Assembly (NCBI GenBank): GCA_963823665.1
Contig: CAWGMQ010000008.1
Location: 128,001-192,000, forward strand
Length of the DNA stretch: 64,000 nucleotides
Direction of reading: 5' to 3'
Source: an uncultured Planctomycetota bacterium
GTDB taxonomy: Bacteria; Planctomycetota; Planctomycetia; Isosphaerales; Isosphaeraceae
Positions 54,336 through 63,020 of the stretch are shown piece by piece. The translations under genes and the position numbers were made by a program. Within the stretch, counting starts at the first letter, position 1. Each line of letters opens with the position of its first letter. The notes below the pieces were generated by a model. The model was given only the letters and a program-made list of their open reading frames with translations. It made no database searches and was not told the DNA's origin.

Positions 54336-54732
54336 TCGAACACCCCTTTTCGCCACGCGTAGGCGAACGCCGCGCCCAGGATCGCGATGAAGACCATGAT
54401 CTCCCAGAAGACCAGCCCGCGAAAGACGGCCGGAATACCAGCCGCCGCAGCGCCTTGCACCACCGGTGCCCCCTCGCTCCACTGGGCCACGGCCCAGGGA
54501 TAGAGAAAAAGGAGCTCCACATCGAACAAAAGAAAAACGATCGCGACCAGGTAGAACCGGACGTCAAACCGCTGCCGCGCGTCCGTTGCGGGGTCCATCC
54601 CCGACTCGTAGGGCATCTGCTTCACGCGCGTCAGCCTCTTGGGCGCGAAAAGGCGCTGGCGACGATCATGCTCGCGGCAATGCCGCTTGCCACGATCAGC
54701 AACAGAAAGACTGGCGTGAATTCCAAACCCAT
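54326..54732 (-). CDS. nuoA: NADH-quinone oxidoreductase subunit A (frameshift near 54655)
   Basis: [38 protein letters not shown]. Confidence 0.92.
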
Positions 54733-54771
54733 CGATCAATCGTTCCTCTACTGGAATTCCCTTTCGGACCA

Positions 54772-54791
54772 TTTGTGAAGTGTTTCACAAA
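54772..54791. promoter_or_regulatory. Rex operator upstream of nuoA
   Basis: TTTGTGAA-GTGT-TTCACAAA matches the Rex consensus TTGTGAA-N4-TTCACAA; 40 nt upstream of the nuoA start. Confidence 0.8.
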
Positions 54792-54799
54792 GTCCGGTC

Positions 54800-54824
54800 A
54801 AAAAAAACCCGGATCAGCTCCGGG
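54800..54824 (-). terminator. Intrinsic terminator-like hairpin in the nuo upstream region
   Basis: CCCGGA-GCTGA-TCCGGG followed by T8 on the minus strand. Confidence 0.6.
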
Positions 54825-54907
54825 ATCAAGGGCGAATTAGCGGAACCACACTGAAAAAGCTCCCGTGCACAGACATACAGCACGAGCGGCGGTCTCGAAG
54901 TGCGTTC

Positions 54908-54935
54908 ATTGTATGGAAGTAAAACTCACCGTCAA
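54908..54935 (-). promoter_or_regulatory. Sigma70-type promoter facing nuo
   Basis: TTGACG-N16-TACAAT; same spacing and the same CCATACAAT as the lysS promoter candidate. Confidence 0.6.
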
Positions 54936-55145
54936 CGAGCTAGTGATTTCGCCCTGGTTCAAAACACCGCGCCCGACCCTGGCCTGTTGAAAACTTGCAG
55001 AATAAGGAGCGGAGATTTCCCGCCGCGAATGTTGCGCGGAACTTCCCCCCCTTTAGATGGGGGGGCCAGGGTGGGGTTAACGGCGCCACCCGCCAGTGAT
55101 CCGACCGCTGCGCCGCTGATCCCCACCGCCTCCACCCCCCTCACG

Positions 55146-57254
55146 TCAAGGCCCCCGCACATCCTGCGATCCCATAACTTCCCCCGTCGCTCCCCCCGCA
55201 CCCGCCCCGCCGTTCGATACCCCCGAATTCAACCTCGCCAACCGCTCCCGCTCCCGCGCCTCTCTCTCCGCACGCGACCGAATCCACTCCCGCCGCCTGA
55301 TCTCCCTCCAAGCGTCCCACCGCTCGCGGTCCGTCAGCGGTCGTGCTTCCGGCTTGGTCGGACCCCCAACTCCGACCGCCTCCGGACCACCCGCCGGAAT
55401 TGGCTTCGTTTCCAAAAAAATTGGGTTCGTTTGACAAGCATCAAATCCCGAAACACCGCCGGATTTCGTCGGAACTTCAATAATCTCTTGATGTTGTGCT
55501 ATGCACACGTCATCACAAAAATTGGCTTCGTTTGGCGCGTTTTCACCGATTTGACTCTCGTCGCCGCCTGCGGCAACCCCTTCGTCCCGCCCCCGAACAG
55601 CAGCTTCCGCCAGTTGCTCCTGACTGACTTCGCTCACACCACCCGCGTTGAGATCCGTGTCGCAGGTCCCGGCTCCCTCAGATTCTGAACCCCCCGTTCC
55701 AGGATTCGGCACTTCGTCCCCCACCGCAGCCGCAGGCTCGGCTCCAAGATCGCTCTCACCCGCGATCGCGATGTACTTCTCGGGCAGATACCCCCCACAC
55801 GCAAGAACGTCCGATTCCTCAACCACGACCGACTCCCACCCGCGTCCCTTCTCATTCGAAGTAGCAGGCACACTCCGTGTGCCGTCCGCCTGAGTCTCAC
55901 GGCCGTTTTCAACTGCCGCGCCCGAAGTGCCATCCGCGATTGGCCCCCCGCTCCCACACTCACCCGCATCCGCCCCACCCTCCGCGTGTTCGGGGCGGGT
56001 CTCACCATGTTGGGCGCGGGTCTCACCATGTTGGGCGCGGGTTCTCACCATGTTGGGCGCGGGTCTCCAGACCCCGCCCTCCGCCCGACCGCAGGTCTCC
56101 CGCCCCTCCGCCCTCCGCCCTCCGTCCTGCCTTCCGCTCGCCCCCAACGTTCTCCCTCCACCAAGACCCCGGCCGCCCATCATAAGGGCTAATATCTTTC
56201 CCCGGCACCGGGGGCAAGGCTTCCCCATCGCTATCCGCCTTCCGCGCGCGTTTCTCCCTCCGAACCGCCACGAGTCCTCGCTCCAGCGAGCCCTTGTATT
56301 TCAGATACTCTCGGCGTAGCGCCACAGCCTTCGGGCTATTCTCGAACGCCTTGAGCGCCCGTATCCGTACAGCATCCTCGCCGGCATTCTGTTCGTGCTC
56401 CGCGGCAAGCTCCCGAATCCGCTCGATCTCGGTCTGCACCATGTCGATCAGGCTCTGCCTGGCCTTCTCCGGTTCATCTTTGCGCGATAGGTCGCGCCAC
56501 TTCACCTTGATGGCCTGCACATGGGCCTCGAGCACCGGTTCGCTCATATCGCTTTGTAGATCGTCAAACGGTTTGCCCACCGGCCGAATCGCATGACTTG
56601 CCGCGAAAACCTCCGCGACGCGCCGGTCTGCGATGCCGTCCACAGGATGCCGTCCCAGCAGCCGGATCATCCGCAACCGATCTCCCGCGGCCCAGAAATG
56701 CTTCTGCGCATTCTCCAGCAGTTCTTCCAGCACTCCGAGCATCCAGAAGCAACCGATCGCGCTCGATTCCAGTTTCCCCACGAGCTTCCCGGGCTCGAGC
56801 GCGGCGCAGTTTCGCTGCCCCACGACGGTCCCGCCGGTTTCCTGTTGTTAAAGCGACTCGTGCCATACAACGCCAGCGGCACCCCTCGCGGATCGGAGAA
56901 CAGAAAGTTCCCCGTGTCGTGTGCCTCTTCGATCTCGACATCCACCGCCTGATCGATCGCGCTCTGCGCTTGTTCGAAGTACGCGCGCTCCGCACGGTCC
57001 ATCTCCCCTGCCACGAACAAGTTCGCATGCACCAGAAATTCCTCGGAGTCGGTCTCCGGCGCATAAGTCCCGGCCCAGCGAAACAATCGCGATTCATACG
57101 CAATGCTCTCGTCCCGCCCGAGCTTCTCCTGCTCCGAGCGAATCGCGCGCTTCCGACTATTCATGGCCGAGCGCGCACGCCCGCGCGGCGAAGTCGGCCC
57201 GGTCGAACGCAAAGCATTGAGCCGATTCGCATTGATTTGTGCTTCAGAGGCCAT
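55146..57254 (-). CDS. Hypothetical protein of the 'AQINANRxNA..STGP' type with a low-complexity C-terminus (frameshifted)
   Basis: MASEAQINANRLNALRSTGPTSPRGRARSAMNS; ORF pieces 56667-57254, 56023-56823 and 55146-56228; APNEANF, QTNPIF and ETKPI motifs. Confidence 0.6.
55985..56100. repeat. 21-bp tandem repeats plus an inverted copy of the 67-bp REP family
   Basis: CCATGTTGGGCGCGGGT(C/T)CTCA x3, then ...GACCCCGCCC...GACCGCAGGTCTCC. Confidence 0.8.
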
Positions 57255-57940
57255 ATCAGTGTGAATTCCTATTAAAATAAGCTTGAAAGCCTGGCTCGAA
57301 GTCCCGCGACCCCGAGAGTTTCATAAGTAGAAGTGAACGGAACTAATCGGATCCAGAGATGTAGGTCGCTGCCCATCGCGCCGACACCAGTGTCGGCAAT
57401 CGACTTTGAGCTACAGAGATTATGCGACGGGTTTCCTGAATTTGGCCATTTCGTCGACCAGGAAGTCTGGGATTTTTTTCACGTTGCAACGCATGCAACG
57501 ACCAATTCGAATAAAACCCCAAATTTGCGCACTGCGGTTTAAGGTCGAGATCGACGCCGAACCGATGTCCCCTGGCCCACGGGTGAAATGAATTGGGTTG
57601 GCGATGCGCTGTACCACGCGTCCACCGATCCTGAGAATGAAACGGATCGACCACGGCCATCCGAACAGACAGATTCCCGAACCCGGTCTCACTCAGCCGC
57701 GAGCTAGAAGTCTCGCGCCGGGCAGTGGGCCGCGATGTCGAGTTCATGCGAGACCAGTTCACGGCCCAACGCCCGTATTCCGAGCGAAATGCGGATCAGT
57801 CTGTAAGACGAAGTTAGAATAGACGAAGGACACGCGTCCTACAGTGCTACCAGGGTAGACGCCCACGATGGCGCGAATTGAATCCGACTAGCGAGCTCAG
57901 TTCTCGTCGACCCCTGCGACGATCGCATCGGTGCGTCTGT

Positions 57941-58009
57941 TCGAGAGGTGAGGATGCGAATCTCTTGAGTCGGCAGACACACTAGGACCTGAACCTAGCG
58001 CGTCTGCCG
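57941..58009 (-). pseudogene. Decayed tRNA-Leu(CAG) fragment (att-like)
   Basis: GGCAGACGCG-CTAGG-TTCAGGT-CCTAG-TG gives the D-loop and anticodon arm; no intact acceptor stem or T arm. Confidence 0.7.
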
Positions 58010-58563
58010 TTCGGTAACGTTGGAAACACATTGCGGTGATGTTGATTTCCCTTTGAAAATAGGCGATTCCACAATCGCCCAGTCTGAGTGACATTGTAGT
58101 CGGGTTGGGCTCGCATGGCCAATGTTGTTACCAAAATGTTACCAAACTTAGACTCGCGGCCTACAGGCCCGTTTCCCGTCAGCCGGCAGCATCAAGCGAC
58201 AAGCCGCGTTCGGCCGCCGCTACCAAGAGCGCTACCATGCCGCTGGAGCGCGATCCCGATCTCGGGGCCGTTATGGAGGCGTGGCCAATGCTATCTGAGG
58301 CCGCCCGCTGCGCAATCATCGCGATGGTCAAGAACGCGACGAATTAGAGAACCCGGGCGGAGCACGCTCGGATCAAGAGGCTCACTTCAACACGGTCGCC
58401 CCGCTCGACCGTGAGCCGGACCTGGTATTACGCGCGTTGCGCTTTGTGTTGTTACAAAAGTTGTAGAGGTGCCAGCCTCCCCAGCTCCGCACGGATTAAC
58501 GCGATCGCGCGCGCAGTTCGCACTCGCGCGCGAGACGCGGAACAAAGAATTGAGCGCAAGGCA

Positions 58564-58845
58564 TCAACTTCGGCCCTGGAAACTCCGAAAACGAACCAAG
58601 AATGCTGCGACAGGAACTAAGATCAGCAAGCAAATCACCATCGTCGAGTATGTCGGACTTTCGCCAACAGCGTGGACGAGGGTCTCCAGCATGCTCAAGA
58701 TGCCCTTGGCGACGAAACCCCACAGCGCGGCGATTACTCCGATTCGAAACAACTGAGTCCGCTGCCGTCGCGCAATTTGGTGGTCGTTTCGCATCCTTAA
58801 TGAAGACAACAGGTCACCAGACTTATGTTCATCGTCCTCCGGCAT
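58564..58845 (-). CDS. Small hypothetical membrane protein
   Basis: Two hydrophobic segments; no recognised motif. Confidence 0.35.
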   Translation of the reverse strand: MPEDDEHKSGDLLSSLRMRNDHQIARRQRTQLFRIGVIAALWGFVAKGILSMLETLVHAVGESPTYSTMVICLLILVPVAAFLVRFRSFQGRS

Positions 58846-59247
58846 CGGGAATCTCATCTCGTTGAACCCCTTGTGACATCCGCGAAGATTTGCGGCTGCC
58901 GATGAGGCTGGGCGCAGAATCGGCCCAGCAAGTGTTAGAATGGGCTGGTGATCGAAACACGTGCTTTTGAGCGCTGTCGGGAGCTAAGGCCAGGTCCCGC
59001 AGCAAAGGTTGATCTCGCGCCGCCCTGCCAGTTACGATTGTGACTATCGACTACAGACCGCGAAGGAGGCGCCCCAACATCGCTTCTCGTGGGTCAAGAG
59101 GAGAACGGTTCACTACATCAGTCAACTCCCAGTTCATTGGAACGGACACGGAATCAAGGGGCGCCCCTGGCACAACAATTATCCTGCTCGCTGAAACTTT
59201 ATGCGGATGCCCCCTAACAGTCAAATAACTTTTTATGCGACGAATAT

Positions 59248-60636
59248 TTGGGGAATATTCGGCGCATATTCATCCCCTTGTGGCGCCAACGCCGTAGGCT
59301 CGATCAGATGCATGACCGGAAAAACCAGCAGAAGTGCGACTTCGTGTTAAAGAGCGAAGTTCTGATCCAGAGGGAGAAAGAACTTCATCACCGTGGGCGT
59401 AGCATCGACAAGAAAAGCCTGATAGCAGATCTTGGTTGTAGCCAGGGAACTCATTCGAAGAAAGTGCGCGGAAAGGCCCCATGTTCCGCAAAGGAGATCG
59501 ATACTTTCTATCGGGCTTATTTCGACGACCAAAAGGATGTTCGGACCGAGCTCGGCATCGGCGGCCCGATGGACTTGTGCCATCGCAAGCCTTGGCGCAA
59601 GGCCGCGCCCCGAGCCGGTCAACTCACGCGACAGACATCGGCTGAGGTGCGGGTCTCCCCCGAGTCCTCGTTTGACATCTTCGTACCGAAGGAGACAGTC
59701 AACACATCCCAGATGGAGGCAGCAGCGCACCGCGCCCTACAGAACCTGCCGAATCATCGAGAAATCGTGAAAACGAGCTACTATGGCACGATCGACGAAG
59801 TGCGAAACGCCCATTCGCATTGGGGAGTGATCCTTAGCGACCTGAGCTTGGCTAGTGAGCCGTGGATGTCGCTAAATGATCGGCGAACATTGCTATGCGA
59901 CCGTAGCTTGCTTGCCGCTGAAATGATCGGCATGCTCTTGACCCACTTTCGCCCGATCGAAAAACAGCACAGGAGATTTATCAACTGGCTACGAGATATT
60001 GCAGAGCAAGGTCGCGATGCGATAGAGCCCAAGAACCCGGTAAAGGCCATGGAGATAGAGCTTGGGCTGCTCCACGATCTCAACGACTCGGGCAACTTGG
60101 AGTGGTTCTCATTTCCCGACGAGTTCTTTGACGACGAAAGGCAAGCAGCGCAGATCGATGATTCACTAACAAGCGGGTGTAACAAGGCCGAATTGCGCGG
60201 CGTCAGTTGTATGTTCGAGTATCGATTCAGTAACATTCACCAATTCCTTCGACGCGCTCGCGCCTGCATGAAACGAGCCGACTTCGAATCGTGCGATCGA
60301 CTTGTAAAGACGTGCTGGGAAAAGATCGATCGAGACTCGCCGCCCCTAGCGACTGCAGAAATCTTGATGACGGAGAGTGATTGCCATGCCCTCCGGGGAT
60401 GCACTGGTGACGCTCTCGCACGACAGGAAACGGCGTTAGGAATTTACGGAGCTGACACCCCACAGTGGATAGCGTGCCGCCTTCGAGGGGCACAACTACG
60501 AGCGAGGTATCAAGGCGCCGACGAGTCGCGAGCCATTTCGCAGATATCCGAACAGGAGGGGCTTAGTGCGAGGATAATGCGTTCGGGCCTGCGGCATATG
60601 GCGCACTTCGACCTGGGGTTAATCCTTCCCTCGTAA
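59248..60636 (+). CDS. Hypothetical protein (possible N-terminal HTH, helical C-terminus)
   Basis: 462-aa ORF in more AT-rich DNA; LIADLGCSQGTHSKKVRG resembles an XRE-type helix-turn-helix. Confidence 0.6.
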   Translation: MGNIRRIFIPLWRQRRRLDQMHDRKNQQKCDFVLKSEVLIQREKELHHRGRSIDKKSLIADLGCSQGTHSKKVRGKAPCSAKEIDTFYRAYFDDQKDVRTELGIGGPMDLCHRKPWRKAAPRAGQLTRQTSAEVRVSPESSFDIFVPKETVNTSQMEAAAHRALQNLPNHREIVKTSYYGTIDEVRNAHSHWGVILSDLSLASEPWMSLNDRRTLLCDRSLLAAEMIGMLLTHFRPIEKQHRRFINWLRDIAEQGRDAIEPKNPVKAMEIELGLLHDLNDSGNLEWFSFPDEFFDDERQAAQIDDSLTSGCNKAELRGVSCMFEYRFSNIHQFLRRARACMKRADFESCDRLVKTCWEKIDRDSPPLATAEILMTESDCHALRGCTGDALARQETALGIYGADTPQWIACRLRGAQLRARYQGADESRAISQISEQEGLSARIMRSGLRHMAHFDLGLILPS

Positions 60637-61388
60637 ACACCGGGATCGTTCGCCGCCTTGGCCGAGAGCGTTTCGGCATTGGTGGGATGAAGCTCAAGGT
60701 GGTTTCGCAGGAGTTTCCACTCGCCGATGCTGGGCGCAAAGCCCACTGAGTTAAAGATGCGGCGACGATGCTCCATTGACTCACGAGCGTCGCGGTCGAC
60801 CGACGCTTCCTAAAGCGACACCGATCTCCTTGGCGATCTACTCCGATCTCGCCGCTGTTGCGGAGGTTTGGCCAGTGTTGCCGAAGGCCGGCCACAACAG
60901 AGTCTTGGCGTTGATTAAGGTCTCGGAGTTGAAGAATTCGAGATTCGGAATCGTCAGCCAGCCTGCTGGCTAGGACGGCTTTTGTCGGTGTGTCTCTCGG
61001 CGCATCGTGGCTATCAGCTAAGTAATCGAACTATTTGCGTCGATGAGTAGAACGTAAATCGCAAGCTATCAGATTGCAAACCAGAGAGCAGCCCATTCTA
61101 ACCGATGCGAGCAAAGAGTTTACGTCGAGCGATTTAGCTCGTTGCACTCCCTGTTGCACTGCATCCGTTGCTGATCCCCTCGCTGAGTTGGTCGGCAATC
61201 TCACGCCTGAGGAACGTCAGCGGCTACTCGAATTACTTACGATTTCCACTACCGATCGCTGAAAGTGCTCGGTCCTCACTCGAAAGCGCGCCGACTAAGC
61301 GATGTCGCCGCGAACTTTGTGAATCTCTAGAATGTCAACTGAGATTGGGATAGGGAGTCCCTGAACGCTGGGGTTTCACGAGGCCGGA

Positions 61389-62420
61389 ATGTTCCGAGAT
61401 GATGATCAATGTCCATGTGCGAGCGGCTCGCTCGTCCGAGACTGCTTGTGCAAGTACAGACGATTCGTGCCACGTCCCGTTTGCACTGAGCCACGTGGAT
61501 TGATCACGGGGATCAGCGTTGCTGGATGTTATGCCTCAGCAACTAGGAACTGCACGCCGCCACTCACCCGAGAGCACCTCATTTCAAGGACGGCGCTGAA
61601 TTACTTCGCCAAGGGTCGTCTCTCCGTCGGCGTGTCTAACCATCCCTGGCAGCGCCAAAAGGACTGGGTTCAAGGCGTGGGAATAAGCGGCATATCCGCC
61701 ACGGTGCTGTGCGCGAGGCATAATTCGGCACTTGGTGAGCTCGACGCCTGGGCCCGATCATTCATCGAAGCGTTGGATTTGTGGAGCGTCCACATACCCA
61801 GTGAGGCACCGGGTGACTTTCATCGCCTGTTCAGCGGCTATGACTTGGAAAGGTGGTTGCTTAAGGTCTTGTGCGCACATCTTGCGGGCGGACGTTGGCG
61901 TAGCTGGGCGGCTACCAGCACGTGGCGACCACCTCGCCTGTGGCTAGACATCCTCTTCTCGGGCGTGCCGTTCCCGCCCCGCTGTGGGCTATACCTACTC
62001 AGAACGCCTACCAAGTACTGGCGGCCGGAGAGCTCGATCTATATCCGTCCAGTCTTCGGAACGCGGTCGTTCTCGGACTCCCCCGGCCTGCCGATCATCT
62101 CACCGATGAGCGAGCAGGTACTCGTCGGCATCGAGATTAGCCTATTCGGGTTTCAAGTTCTTCTTTGCACGGTGCCGATTCGCACCGGGTTCCTGCCCAG
62201 GGAGGCACTCTACCGCCCACGGCTACATAGGCGGTTCGCGCTGCAAGGCCCTAAGCGCGAGTCAGCGATTCACCTCGGCTGGGACGAACATCCCCCGACA
62301 TTCGCCCGGCGAACTTATCCAGGTTTCAGAACCGATTCGCACACTTCACAGACAGACTCACCGGCCATGCAGCGAATTGAAGCTGCGGCTCGATCAAAGA
62401 AATGCACGATCCCACGCTGA
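61389..62420 (+). CDS. SEC-C-motif protein with an HNH-like zinc/nuclease signature
   Basis: RDDDQCPCASGSLVRDC; CY...C...TREHLIS...VLCARHNS. Confidence 0.6.
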   Translation: MFRDDDQCPCASGSLVRDCLCKYRRFVPRPVCTEPRGLITGISVAGCYASATRNCTPPLTREHLISRTALNYFAKGRLSVGVSNHPWQRQKDWVQGVGISGISATVLCARHNSALGELDAWARSFIEALDLWSVHIPSEAPGDFHRLFSGYDLERWLLKVLCAHLAGGRWRSWAATSTWRPPRLWLDILFSGVPFPPRCGLYLLRTPTKYWRPESSIYIRPVFGTRSFSDSPGLPIISPMSEQVLVGIEISLFGFQVLLCTVPIRTGFLPREALYRPRLHRRFALQGPKRESAIHLGWDEHPPTFARRTYPGFRTDSHTSQTDSPAMQRIEAAARSKKCTIPR

Positions 62421-62519
62421 TCGAGTATTCACGCATACTGACAGCCTGGCGTGACGGTCGGTAGGACGTGGGTTCGCTACGCGGGCACGGTCGTCGCTCA
62501 AACGTTGAAGGACACCTGC

Positions 62520-62586
62520 GGCGGGTCGCATTCGAAAACCCAGCCTCTTGCGAGGACCGGATTTTGAGTCCGGGACGTCTGCCATA
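62520..62586 (-). pseudogene. Decayed tRNA-Leu(CAA) fragment (att-like)
   Basis: TGGCAGACGTC-CCGGA-CTCAAAA-TCCGG-T-CCTCGCAAGAGG gives the D-loop, anticodon arm and long variable arm; degenerate T arm, no 5' acceptor strand. Confidence 0.75.
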
Positions 62587-63020
62587 CTCGTGGTATTGGA
62601 AACACGTTGCGGTGATACTTAAAGTCTGCGCATCCAAGGCTCGCACGACGCCACCTTGGTGTTTTCGCATTGTGGCCGCATGGGGCTGACGTTGCCAATA
62701 CTGTTCCCAATTTGTTCCCAACTCGCGCCCGAATAGAGGCCGGTAAAGGCTGGTCGGCGTGATCTGTTCCGCGCTGCTGAAGTTCACGACCGTGAAATTT
62801 CGGCGAAGCTGCTCGATGACACGCAGAATCTCGTGTCCATGGTCGCTCCGGCCGCTCATACTTAGTTTACTGTGCGACAACTTGTGGTTTGGGAGCTGAG
62901 TCATCGGGGGCACGCATATCCCTTCGCTGGCAGACGTGGCGCGACAGCGATATGATTCTAGGCCACGGATCTCGATCGATCCTTACGGGGCAAGTAGGGT
63001 GATCGCACGGGGATAACAAC

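Noticed and set aside
53304..54482. NuoB-NuoC fusion suggested by the ORF track
   Set aside because: An indel near the nuoB 3' end explains it; an alternate frame stops at 53612, overlapping the nuoC ATG.
51253..54732. Pseudogenised or programmed-frameshift nuo genes
   Set aside because: The shifts are scattered with no shared slippery motif and catalytic motifs are intact; sequencing indels are simpler.
57300..57900. Short ORFs left of the first tRNA remnant
   Set aside because: No recognisable motif or consistent frame; cannot be supported.
62520..62586. Functional tRNA-Leu(CAA)
   Set aside because: It lacks a pairing acceptor stem and a canonical T arm; treated as an att remnant.
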